This document shows, one piece after another, positions 1 to 11,206 of a DNA stretch of 47,800 nucleotides. Position 1 is the first letter of the stretch. The number at the start of each line of letters is the position of its first letter. The stretch comes from Catajapyx aquilonaris (lineage: Eukaryota): NCBI GenBank assembly GCA_000934665.2, contig KZ538781.1, forward strand, positions 1 to 47,800. The letters run 5' to 3'. The position numbers were made by a program, and so were the translations under genes. The notes under the pieces were generated by a model. That model was not told the origin of the DNA and did not search any database. It was given only the letters and a program-made list of their open reading frames with translations.

Positions 1-527
1 GAGTGATAGAGGGGACAAAGACAAACATTTTTGACATAGGAAACCGTGTCCGGAAACGCCATCTAGAGGGGGTTCATAGACGAGGAACGGGTGCGCTCAG
101 ACGCGTCACGCGAGAGGCGCAAGTCGAGCGGACTGTTTTGTTCATAGATGGCACGCAGTTGTTGCCAGGTTATGGCGTATCGCGTCGTTGTAAGTAAACA
201 ACAACACGATGCGCCATAACCTGGCAACAACAGAACCGCTGTTGACTATCCGCGCGTCTCCTAGGAGGCGGACTTTAGTTGCTAGATGGCTCTGCTGTTG
301 CCACGTTATGCCACATCGCATCGTTGGTTACTATCCGAGCGCCATCTATCAACAACACAGTCCGCTCGCCTAGCGCCTCACGTGTGACGCGACTGAGCAC
401 ACCCGTTCCTTGTCTATGAACCCCCTCTAGATGGCGTTTCCGGACACGGTTTCCTATGTCAAAAATGCTTGTCTTGGTCCCCTCTATCACCCCTAGAAGT
501 TTGTCGGTTGAATTCATTTACACCCTG
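1..527. mobile_element. Tc1/mariner-type long-arm MITE (left end outside window)
   Basis: 1-152 is the inverted complement of about 340-492; right terminus CACCCTG|TA. Confidence 0.8.
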
Positions 528-543
528 TATACACATATGCATA

Positions 544-862
544 CAGGGTGTTTATTGTAACTCTGCAAAGACTTTCAGGGGTAATAGAGGGGACAAAGAC
601 AAACATATTTGACCTAGGAACCCGTGTCCCGAAACGCCATCTAGAGGGGGTTCATAGACAAGGAACGGGTGCGCTCAGACGCGTCACGCGACAGGCGCTA
701 GGCAAGCAGACTGTTTTGTTGATAGATGGCCCTCGGATAGTAACCAACGATGCGATGTGCCATAACGTGGCAACAGCAGAGCCATCTAGCAACTAATGTA
801 CGCCTCCTAGGAGACGCGCGGACAGTCAACAGCGGTTCTGTTGTTGCCAGGTTATGACGTAT
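544..862. mobile_element. Second, truncated copy of the same MITE family, inverted relative to 205-527
   Basis: Starts TA|CAGGGTG and has the same arm and internal sequence. Confidence 0.8.
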
Positions 863-872
863 GCGCTGTATA

Positions 873-1549
873 TTGGCATGTGCTGGAGTGGGGAAGGTAT
901 GCCATTTGTAAAAATTGCGGCGTGATCAGCAACACACCATGCATTCATCATGGAGGATTATTTTAAAAATAATGAGTCCCCTGTAGCTGTACAAAGGATA
1001 TTTCTTCGCCTTTTTGGGCAGGGACGTCAGGACAACGTCCCCGACCACCGGATGTTCATAAGGTGGGTGAAGCAGTTCTGGGACACAGCTTCCAGCCGGG
1101 ACCAGAAAGCACTGGCCGTCAAAGAACACAGAGGACCCCTCAATGGGTAAAAGAGGTAGGCAATGCGCTACTCTGAAGTCCTCAGCAATCGGCCATTTGA
1201 AGCTCCGCTTAGGGGTCCTCTGTGTCCTTTTACATCCAGTGCTGTCTGATCCCGACTTGAAGCTGTGTCCCAGAACTGCTTCACCTACTTTATGAACGTC
1301 CGGTGGTCGGGGACTTTGTCCTGAGGTTCCAGCCCAAAAAGGCAAAGAAAGATACTTTGTACAGGTACGGGGGACTCATTACCTATTTTTAAAATAATCC
1401 TCCACAATGAATGCATGGTGTTCTGCTGACCACGACGCAATTTTTGCAAATGGCATACCTTCCCCAGCACATGCCAATCTCCCGCTCATGTGCAAATAGC
1501 ACCACCTTACCACACGATTCAAATACTGTTATTCATTTTGCCCAACCCG

Positions 1550-1550
<1 letters not shown>
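873..1550. mobile_element. Foldback Tc1/mariner derivative with a decayed transposase N-terminus (DUF4817-like HTH) in both arms
   Basis: The + arm reads MEDYFKNNESPVAVQRIFLRLF...VPDHRMFIRWVKQF and the - arm encodes the same region. The right end matches the TIR of 7135-8053. Confidence 0.75.

Positions 1551-1552
<2 letters not shown>

Positions 1553-1630
<78 letters not shown>
1553..1630. repeat. (TA)n microsatellite
   Basis: Direct reading. Confidence 0.98.
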
Positions 1631-1635
<5 letters not shown>

Positions 1636-2275
1636 TTTTATTAGTTACTGTATATTATGGCCCATTTTAAAAATCAATGTTAGACTGATTGAGACATGTC
1701 TGCCAGTATCAAATCTGAACAAAATAAAGTCAGTGGAATCCTAGAATTAACTTCGGGAATACGCTTTTCCCATGGAAATGCCCTACACAACAAAAGGAGT
1801 ACAGTGTACTGTACTCCCCATAATATGACATGATAATATTGACATACGGGTGTCCCGGAAAACCAGAACGGCGGAGACAGAAAACCAGATTTAGCTAAAC
1901 TACAGATAATCAGACAATCAGATGTTTTTAATGAACTGCTGTACATGCTGTATGCTGTATCAAATAAGGTTTCATCAAAATAATAAAACTTATGATAGAT
2001 ATTTAATTTAACTTCTGGGAAAAGTCTGGTATCTTTTATTTTTTTGTATGCGAGACATAAATTGGCATTCTTTCGGAGTTCTATTTGTAACACGTGTGAT
2101 GCACAGAATAATAACCCATTCATGCCGGATAATCGGAAGTCTAGTGACAACAGTGTCAATCAAAGGGCAGTGTGTACTCCTCTGGTACTAGTATTCTGTT
2201 TCTCGGACGCCATTATACCATCCAAAAGCAAATGGTTGGAAAAAATTAAATTAATTCACATAAAACCAATTTACT

Positions 2276-3080
2276 AACAACAACAACAACAACATCACGA
2301 CATTTCCCTATGAGGGGTAGTCAGCGATGAAGGGAGACACAAGCTAACCCAGCATACGAACTAAATTAAAACTTGTGAAAATAAAACTATAAACAACCCG
2401 TCCCACACCCCACCCCTGCCCATCTCAGATGACAGACACTGAATATTAAATTTAAATATTACACTATGCAATACGGTACTTTGCCAAATCAAGCCCCCCC
2501 CCCCCTCGCCACCAGCCACTACTCTGGACACCCTGGCCACGCTGACGTGTATGGCACCACCCTTGCACCTCATCGGCCACGCCAAGGATGTCCCCTCTAC
2601 TTGCTGGAGCGAAAGCCTTATCCTCAGACCTAATTACCTATTTACCTATTAATTAACCTACACCATTTACACCTGTCCAAACAAACAACCTTAACCTCAG
2701 CCACGTCCATGGTCCTATTGACACAAGAACGTCTCGGCTTAACACTAGCAACACCCTTAAGACACTGGCCCACCTGGTCCAACCATGTCTTCCTAGGCCT
2801 ACCCTTGCCCCTCTTACCACCTACTCCACCCAAATAAACCTTCTTCACAATCTCCTCCTCCCTCATCCTCTCCACATGGCCAAACCACCTTAGAGTAGAC
2901 CTACACACCTTATCTTTAACAGTCTCCTTAACATTACACCTCTCCAAAATCTCCTCATTCCTAATCCTATCCAACTTAGTGACCCCACAAACAGCCCGGA
3001 GATAACGCATCTATGTAGCCAACACCCTACTCTTATGCCTATCTGACCAAACCCACGCTTCACTACCATACATATAACTA
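2276..3080 (-). mobile_element. 5'-truncated RTE-clade LINE (ORF C-terminus, 3' UTR, (TTG)n tail)
   Basis: YGSEAW...MRYLRAVCGVTKLDRIRNEEI...LRWFGHVERM...GRPRKTW; (CAA)n on + at 2276-2295. Confidence 0.9.
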
Positions 3081-3207
3081 ATAACAGGAGGTGTATATTT
3101 AGCTAAAGCACTCATTTAAAAGTAAACTAAGTAGAAGTGCATTCTAGGATGACAGTTGACTTCCACTATGATGATATATTATATTGAAAATATGGATTCA
3201 ACGTCAC

Positions 3208-3264
3208 CTTTTTGTTCTCTCCAGCATCTAGCTCATCCTGGGCCTGCCTTTTCCTGCAGCTCAT
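3208..3264 (-). CDS. Possible first coding exon of a gene running off the left edge (MSCRKRQAQDELDAGENKK)
   Basis: Exon-like block 3208-3292 with acceptor ttctgatttag and donor AAG|gtgacg, ATG at 3264. An upstream exon-like block at 4083-4303 ends in a gtaagt donor. No homology recognised. Confidence 0.3.
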
Positions 3265-3717
3265 CTTGTCACCACTACAGGTTTGGAATGTCCTAAATCA
3301 GAAGTAAAACCTGTCAGTCTCCAGTTTATTCCAGCTTGCTGTTAATCAAAACGTCACACATCTCACCAATTACAATAAAATCGTTAAATAAATAATAATC
3401 AGCTGTAAGCGAGGGTCGAGTCGCCTTACTGGAGTTGCTATCACAGTTTTAACTTATAGACTTCCGCATGCATAAACATGCTGTTCATCATTGGGCCACT
3501 GGCCAAAATTTTTGGCCGACCACATGGGGCAATAAAAAAATTGCAAAATTGCTCTTTTCACCAAATCTTTATAGCCTATACTCACTCGTTGATATCAAGA
3601 ATTATTGGTACCGTACCCCGTTCCAGTGTTTGAATCGGGCTTTCTTACATAATAGAAAATAGAACATGAATTTTTATATGCAGCAGTAGGCTACATGTAC
3701 AATGTTGCTTCTAATAT

Positions 3718-3992
3718 GAAGACCTCGGGAGAAAAGCGATCAAGGTCCACTTCAAGTGAAACTGAGATAATCCTATTTTAAATTTCGAAGGCCCATAAGG
3801 CTCAATTGTAAATCCCACTTTCGGGGCCTTCCATTAGGGCATTAGTGACCTATGACCATTACTTCACAACCACGAGTCCACGGCCAAATAACCATCATAT
3901 TCTACACTAGTGAACGTATCTTCTGAGATATGTAACTCATTTTTGACTAAAGGTGGAACGTGAACCTTGATCGTTCTTCCCCCGAGGTCTTC
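3718..3992. mobile_element. Sola-like MITE copy 1
   Basis: TIR GAAGACCTCGGG...CCCGAGGTCTTC; flanks ATAT/ATAA; four copies in the window. Confidence 0.8.
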
Positions 3993-5337
3993 ATAATTAT
4001 ATTGCGATGACCACATTTTAAAAATGGATATAGTAGTGTAACTTCACCTAACATTAATGATGAAGCTTATGTGTATACTTACAAACACAGCAAGCAAACG
4101 GACTCTCCGGAAACAGGTAGACCTCTTGATCACGTGGATCCTCCTGCGATGTACAAGCTCGTCCGCCGTCTCTATATATTACCTGCGGCACCTGTGGCAT
4201 GTGCTAGGCGGGCAGAGCCGAGTAGAGTCGCCACTGAGGGCGGTTTGCATGCACCACATGCTGTGTTTCAGCCCTTCTCTCAACAGCACGTACCCGCGTT
4301 GACCTGAACCCCGAAAGGTGGAAAACTAATCACAGCCAATGTCTCTCCCTTCTCTCAGTAGAACCTCAAAGACAGCCAGTGTGTTCGAAAGTGCCGGAAA
4401 CAAGTCAACATCATGGCAAAAACTAGCAACTCCGCATGCGCAAACATTTACTGGTATTATTAAAGTGATCATTAATACGCCACATACTACGTTACTCACT
4501 GTCAGATTAGTCCTATTATATTATAGTCATCATTATACTGAAAATAATAATTACCTAAAAGTTAAAGTAAGTTCATCTGGTAAGCTTTGTTCAAGATGGC
4601 TGCCCCCATGGCTTCAGACGGCTTCAGACGTCTTTAGACCGCGCTGACCACGCCGACCAGGTGCTTCAGGCCACAGACACATGCTCACTGTGAAGAGCTT
4701 TTAAACTTGCGAATTATCCTTTGAAAAAGTTAGCAGAGCCATTTGTTGGCATTCACTTCTGTGGTGGTTTTGAAGATATTGACGACAGGCCGCATACAGT
4801 ATTTGGTGAGCCAGGTGAGCAGGGCAATTCCATGTGAGATCGCGCAAAAAAAAGCAAGATTCACACCCTCTATTTTTTAATGAAAGTGAACATTGGAGTT
4901 TCAACTTACACCACAACAAGAAAATATGTATATATCTTGGTGCCTCTTGGGGTCAATAGTTCACAAGTTACAAGCACCATGAAAAATGCCAAAAACCCAA
5001 TGCAAGTGTTTGGAACTCAATTTATTTCTAAGCTGTTAATGATCATTTTAGCACCGATTTGTTGAAAATGGATGTATTATGTTAGAAATATTTTATTATA
5101 TTGAAATAATATTTTTAACTGATTTTCATGGAGGTCAAAGGTAGGTACTTAAAAATTACCAAAACAAGTACAAATACTTCGATCTAAAAAATTAATAAAA
5201 TGCACTTTTGTCATCGATGAAAATATGTTGCTAGATTTGACCCCTTGCAGAGAAGTGTTGAGCACATTCAGCTCCTCTTATATCCACAAAATATGCCAGC
5301 TAACACAGAGTCATTCTCAATCATTCTATCTGCTTTC

Positions 5338-5714
5338 CAGCGCCGTAGCTATAGGGGTGTCAGGGACATCGCCGCTCATGGGGCCCCGGTGGGGCCCCAA
5401 TAAATAAACAGTTAATGACATTTTAAACGCGTATTTAGACAATTTGTCAGTTACATTCACCTAAGCTTGTGTGACCTTGTGTGATAAACTTTTTTCCCCC
5501 CTACACCGCGAGGCTGGTTACGCCACTGCCTGTACATCAGGAAGTCAGCCAACAAAATTATTGGATACATAATTGGTGTTGTACAGAAATTCCCTAGTTG
5601 AGAATAGGCCCCCTCACCCACCTAGGGCTGGCCCTGCCTGGTGGGTTGATTGAGCTTAGGGGCCCGGGTGCTTTAGCTTCCTATGGGGCCCACGATGACC
5701 TAGCTACAGCACTG
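5338..5714. mobile_element. Non-autonomous hAT element
   Basis: TIR CAGCGCCGTAGCTA / TAGCTACAGCACTG; 8-bp flanks ctgctttc/ctgcttcc. Confidence 0.7.
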
Positions 5715-5750
5715 CTGCTTCCCCTGGATAGCTTCTTTCCTTCAAACATA

Positions 5751-6100
5751 TTTTTTTATTTTTTTATTTTTTTACCCCGTGATGTCCCTTATGGGAGCTA
5801 TAGGGGGGTGGCATACCACCATCAGTTTTCTGATATATTTTCGCTTCAATCACCGGTGCAAGGAAACAGGGACAATGGGAAAGGATAGGGATTTTTGGGG
5901 AGGGAACATGGGTGCAAGTGCAATGTCGGTAAAGGGGTCATGTGCTGTTCCCCAGGAGGTTAGGTTGCCAGACACCTCCTTGGTGCAGGTCAGAGACCCT
6001 CCTGACGCAGGTGAAAGGAAAGTTCCCCAGGCGGGGATCGAACCTGGGGCCTTTCACTCAGCAAGCCGTGACGTTACCATCACAGCCACCACACCTCCCC
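5751..6100 (-). mobile_element. tRNA-derived SINE
   Basis: On the - strand: A box TGGCTGTGATGG, B box GGTTCGATCC, and an (AAAAAAAT)n tail. Confidence 0.7.
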
Positions 6101-6587
6101 TCCTTCAAACATATGTCATATGTGCAGCTTGATTGGCTCCGTAGCAAGCTCAGTAGTGGGGTCTCTACGGATAGAGAAGGGAGAGGTGGCAAACGTTGCC
6201 AGGTTTCTCTTGCAGAACTAAGGTTCAAACCTGAAACTCATACACATCCAATGTTCACTAATTTTTTATTGTGAAATTATTCATTATGAGCTCTTTATTA
6301 TTAATCATACTAGTAGGAAGCTTGTCTCCGACAGGATATTCTGTGCTCTAGAAACAAGTCCATTGCAAAGTTTGTGATATTGAAACTGCCTGTAATGTTA
6401 GAAAGAATGTGATGGCACGGTGATTTAAAACTTATATGCTAATAGATTTGCAGAACACCTCAAGTGGACAGTACAGGCTCTTTCTGTTACCAAATGCTCG
6501 CCTTCCTGTTCCTGAAGATTGGCCCTTGTCTCTGCCTCAACCTCTCCAGCTGTGGCCCATCCTTCCTCAACCAGAAAGAGACTGAAT

Positions 6588-6735
6588 TAATGTACGGAAA
6601 ATGAGAGAATGATCTGACGTCATCAGAGTTTCCATGGAAATATTATCACAGAACAATATGAGTAAACAGTGTCAACAAAAAGCAACAATGTAAGAAATGA
6701 TGACGCCAGATCGTTCTCTCGTTTTCCGTACATTA
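6588..6735. mobile_element. Small MITE with about 38-bp inverted arms
   Basis: 6588-6625 versus the reverse complement of 6698-6735 shows 3 mismatches; TA at both ends. Confidence 0.75.
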
Positions 6736-7134
6736 TGTAGCTGTGTGTATGCATTGAAAAAGATACATCTCCAGGGAGCAGTTGGTGGGGTTCGGCAGCT
6801 CTGGACAGTCCAGGGGACTTCAAGGGACTGCAGAAATCAGTATCCTATTATTGAGGTTTCCTATATCCAAATACACAGACCATATATGGAAGTATGCCAG
6901 GACCAGCCTTTCAAGTTGTCTATAACCGAGAGATGCTTATAGCTGAGACTCTTATATCCAGAGTCAAGTGTATTAGGACTAAGCTCAGTTGCAATGGTGT
7001 TACTTGTAGGGGAGACCGGGCCATAGTGGTCCACTTTTGCACATGTGATTTTTTATAAGAGTTCCTGTCATACCTACACACCCAATATTTTCCGGCATAG
7101 TGGAGGTACTCATTGGTAATATTCATCACTAATA

Positions 7135-8053
7135 CAGGGTTGGACAAAATGTATGGCATGATTTGAATCACGTGGTACGGTGGTGCTGTTTGAGCATGCA
7201 AGGGATATGAGCATGTGCTGGAGTAAGGAAGGTTTTCCATTCGCAAAAATGGTGTCTTGGTCTGCAAAGCACCGTGCAGTCATCATGGAGATTTATTTGA
7301 AAAATAATGACTCCACCAGAGCTGTGCGAAGGATCTTTCTTCACCATTTTGGACTGGGACGTCAGAACTAAGTCCCCGACCATCAGGCAATCATAAGGGG
7401 GGTGAAGCAGTTCCGGGACACAGCATCAGAAACCAAAAAAGCACTGGACATCCAAGGACATAGCCGACCCTCCCAAGATGTCCACATTGCGCTCCTCCAA
7501 AGTCCTTAGTGATCAGCAGTTATAGGCACGCCTTGGCACTATGAATGTTGGCACACTCCCTGTGCTACATCATCCATGATGTCCTGCACTTATATCCTTA
7601 CAAGATCAAGCTGTGCAACAATTGAAAGCAAGGGACAAAGTGGCCCGAAGAACCTTTTTGGACGCTTGGAACGGCCAATAGCCCAGGAATTCGGAGTTGT
7701 GCGTTGAATACCCTTTGGGTGGGGGTCCGTTGTGTCCTAGTGCTATTCTGGTCCAGGCATGATGATGTGTTCAGGAATTGCTTCACCCACCTTATGTTTG
7801 TCTGGTGGTTGATAACTTCGTCCTGATATCCCAGTTCAAAATGGCTAAGAAATATCCTTCGTAGAGCTATGGGGAACTCGTTAATTTTAAAATAAGTCTC
7901 CACAAAGAATGCACAGTGCTCTGGCGACCATGACACCATTTTTGCAAATGGCAAACCTTCCCCACTCTAGCACATGCCAATATCCCCTGCATGCTCAAAC
8001 AGCATCATAGTACCATGTGATTCAAATCATGCCATACATTTTGCCCAACCCTG
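7135..8053. mobile_element. Foldback Tc1/mariner derivative (DUF4817-like transposase N-terminus in both arms)
   Basis: TA|CAGGGTTGG...CCAACCCTG|TA. The + arm reads MVSWSAKHRAVIMEIYLKNNDS...LHLYPYKI and the - arm reads MVSWSPEHCAFFVETYFKINE. Confidence 0.85.
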
Positions 8054-8398
8054 TATATTCACAGGCAATGCCATCCCTTTGGCTTTGAAATTTTTTAGGA
8101 GCTGCCATATGCAAATGGATCACTGTACCCCGATGCCTGGGGCACAGTGGTCCAGAAGTGATTGGGACCCATCAATCACACAAGAAGTATATTTAATTTT
8201 TTATTGTATATCTAACCCCTCTAAATAAAAAGGGACTTCATTATTGCAACCTATGGACATGAGTGAAACATCATTTCTCTCCTGAATATAGACCTTGTCC
8301 TGCCACATCTTTCGGCACATGAACTCTATTTCATAATAGTGTCTGTCAAAACCATTAGTATCTATGCCTGGCATGGCATTTAAACTGTGGGTTAGAAG

Positions 8399-9195
8399 CA
8401 GTCCTGGATTTATAGGGGGACATAGGGGGCAAGTGCCCCGGGCTCCCCTGCCAGGGGGGCCCCCATGACAAAAAGTGTGAAATACTTTATTTTATTATTT
8501 AAAATTAAAAATGTACTACTTGTGACGAAACAGACGAACCTCCAGCTCCAGGCTTAAATAATTCCTCATCGGAAAAGGGAGTCAAAGTGTCGGGAGCACT
8601 ACCCGCTTTCCCGTGGCCGTGAATTATCCTTAGTGGCATCTGCAGGAGGAGGACAACCCCCCCCCTCCCCCCCGAGTGTTTGAAATAGCTGGAAATAGCA
8701 TTAGAAATTACTAATTCCAGATTTTTTTGGGAAAAGTGCTACCAATTTCATCACATACACACCCATTCAAATCTCCCACATTCACCTAAGCTTGTGTGAC
8801 CTTGAACAAAAAAAAATGCCTGCTTGTTCACCCAGTGCTTCTGAAGTGGGCCCCCACGCCAAACATTTTCTGCCTACGCGCCTGCCTTATTGCTATATAT
8901 TTTAATTTCAGCTGTACTTGCTCTACTTACTGGAGGCTTGCTGGAGGCGGGAGGGTAGTAGTCGGTGGGGGCAGCTGGCTGTGTCGCTAAGATAGGTCTG
9001 TATCTGCAAGGAAGGAAGGTTAGGCTTGGTTAGGTTAGGTACCCCTTCCAAAATCCAAAAAATCTCTCTGCCTTTGCGACATAGCCAAGCTGCCCCCAGC
9101 CACCACTCCCCCTGCCGCGTCCCGCACGCCAGTAAGGGTTAGTCTTTCCTTAATTTCTACATTCGGGGGGCCCCCCAAGGTCTATTTAGGCCCTG
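8399..9195. mobile_element. Composite non-autonomous hAT element
   Basis: CAG...CTG termini with a perfect 8-bp TSD GTTAGAAG; an internal module is shared with 9750-9985 and 42800-43040. Confidence 0.75.
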
Positions 9196-9698
9196 GTTAG
9201 AAGTATCTTCACTACCCCTCAGGTAGATTTTCCCTAATACTGCAGGATCGCAGGCATCTCACAAGTGGCTGTGATGTTGGCAGGATGCGCAATAGTGACT
9301 TGTTTCACGAGGTACCAGAAGATGTTATTCTCGTTTCTTATATTTTTAAAATAGAAAGGACCACTGTGCCTTGCTCTCCCCTACTATACCTAGATTCCAT
9401 TGATATAAAGAGAAAATTAGAAATTTTGGCTATCCATCATGGAAATAATGACATGTTGAAGTTACATGTACACATGTAATGGGGGCCGTCCTGTGGTGCT
9501 GTGGTCTATTCCAAGTCACAACCTCTCTTGCTACATGGGTTGCAAAGTACAGTCCCCATTACGTGCATATGTAACATTACCATGCTGTTATCTCCGTAAT
9601 GATATTGATAAAACGTAATTCAACTTGCTGAACTTTGTATTTCAATGTCTCAACCTATGTCCCAAAGGAAGTGCACATCTTTTTCACTACCCTCTATA

Positions 9699-9985
9699 CC
9701 AGGGCTATTCAATTGACGCAATTTTGTTGGACCGCGATGATATACAGGACAGTTTGAAATAGCATTAGAAACTACTACCATTATGATTTTTTGGAAAAAG
9801 TGCTACCAATTTCATCAAATACCCACCCATTCAAATCTCCTGCATTCACCTAAGCTTGTGTGACCTTGAACCCCCCCCCCCCCNCCCCAAAAAAAAAAAA
9901 AAAAAAATCTGCCTGTGGCGGGCTTGCTCCCCGTCCTGTACGGCTTCTGTTCACTCCCCCAAATAAAATCTGCCTACGCACCTGG
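9699..9985. mobile_element. Partial copy of the hAT-like element at 42724-43241
   Basis: CAGGGCTATTCAA start and shared gtttgaaatagc...cacctaagct...gcctacgcacctg module. Confidence 0.6.
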
Positions 9986-10199
9986 AAATACCATGAAATG
10001 ACTAATGAAGACGTAGCGAAACAAAAAAGTGCTTGTATTGTGAAATACAGTATCTCACTGATATTTCCAGTGATTTAGTTGAGCAGATGCTGCATTTAAA
10101 GGTAATCCACAGATCCATGTTTGCAAATTCCACCAAACCACTACAACTGCTCAATGCTATTTACGCCTGGAAAATGGAAGGGGACAAGGGGTCTTCCCA

Positions 10200-10597
10200 G
10201 AGGTCTGGATAGCTCTGGGAATTTTTTGTACCCTTTATTCCGGTGACAGTGGCCGAAGCAGAGAGATCATTCAGCAAACTAGTGTTGATCAAAATGTATC
10301 AGAGATCCACCATGACCCACGATTGCTTGACTAATTTGGCTGTGCTATCCATTGAACATGAACTTGCCAAAATAAAAAATAAAAAATAAAAAAATTCAAA
10401 GAGGCAATGCAATCATTTCCAATGAGCAAGGCAAGAAAGTTTACCCTCTTGTAGATTGAAAGAAATAAAACCCACTGGTGCTTGAAAATTTGCTTTTCGT
10501 AGTGTCACTCTTTTTAGTGGATTGGAGAAGAGTTCGAGGGGGGAGGGCGTGGAATGGGAGAGTAACGGGGCCCATTGAAGCCTCGCTACAGGCCTGC
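10200..10597 (+). mobile_element. hAT transposase C-terminal dimerisation-domain remnant and 3' end
   Basis: Translates IPVTVAEAERSFSKLVLIKMYQRSTMTHDCLTNLAVLSIEHELAK...KARK. Confidence 0.85.
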
Positions 10598-10940
10598 CTC
10601 CATTATTATGGATTTTCAGAATTTAGGACACTACTACAGTACTCAAAACTTTCACTAAAATTTGGGGTGGTCCAAGGAAAAAGCAAACCAGCTGTCTAAC
10701 TTGTCAGGAAATTGTATAAATACTCAGGAGACACAACCAAGGGGGTAACCACTTAGTGGAACTGGTGTACAGGGTTCCTGTGGAACCGGCCTGGAACCCG
10801 GTTCCAAGCCAGTTACAGGCTGCTGGAACCGAGTGGAACTGGGCGGTTCCAGGAACTGGTGTGCAATTTTTGGGGGGAATGGTTACCCCCTGGACACACC
10901 ACATGGCTGTTATATGGCAGTTTCAATTATTTATTCTTAA

Positions 10941-11206
10941 CCCTGGAACCGTGCCGTGCCTACGAGTATTACGGCAACCGTGCCATGGGGTCTTTTCGGA
11001 CCCCACCATATTTTAATTTTTATTAATTATTATATAATACTTTTCAATGTATTGACTACATTCTTTGAATAATACCTAAAATGATTGCTAATTCAAAATA
11101 AACGTGCACTCGTAAAAAAAAAATGGCAAAAGTTCATTGTAATGATCATTTTAATGCATTTTTCCCCCCTTGGGGTCCAAAAAGACCCCACGGCACTGTT
11201 CCAGGG
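10941..11206. mobile_element. piggyBac-type MITE copy 1
   Basis: TTAA|CCCTGGAAC...GTTCCAGGG|TTAA. Confidence 0.85.

Noticed and set aside
3..796. Three near-identical short ORFs (IEGTKTNIFD...) resembling a small gene family
   Set aside because: They are translations of the inverted arms of a MITE, with non-ATG starts for two of them and no exon structure.
1411..1744. ORFs with poly-(IY) tracts
   Set aside because: Artefact of the (TA)n microsatellite.
4130..4200. C2H2-like spacing CHRCRR*YIETADELVHRRRIH on the - strand
   Set aside because: A single instance with an internal stop, no linker and no neighbouring fingers; probably chance.
6311..6827. Selenoprotein-type TGA readthrough in an alternative frame of the putative - strand exons
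   Set aside because: No redox motif and no recognisable SECIS element.
9246..9311. Isolated + strand exon-like block (ctgcag|...gag|gtacca)
   Set aside because: No partner exons or recognisable peptide.
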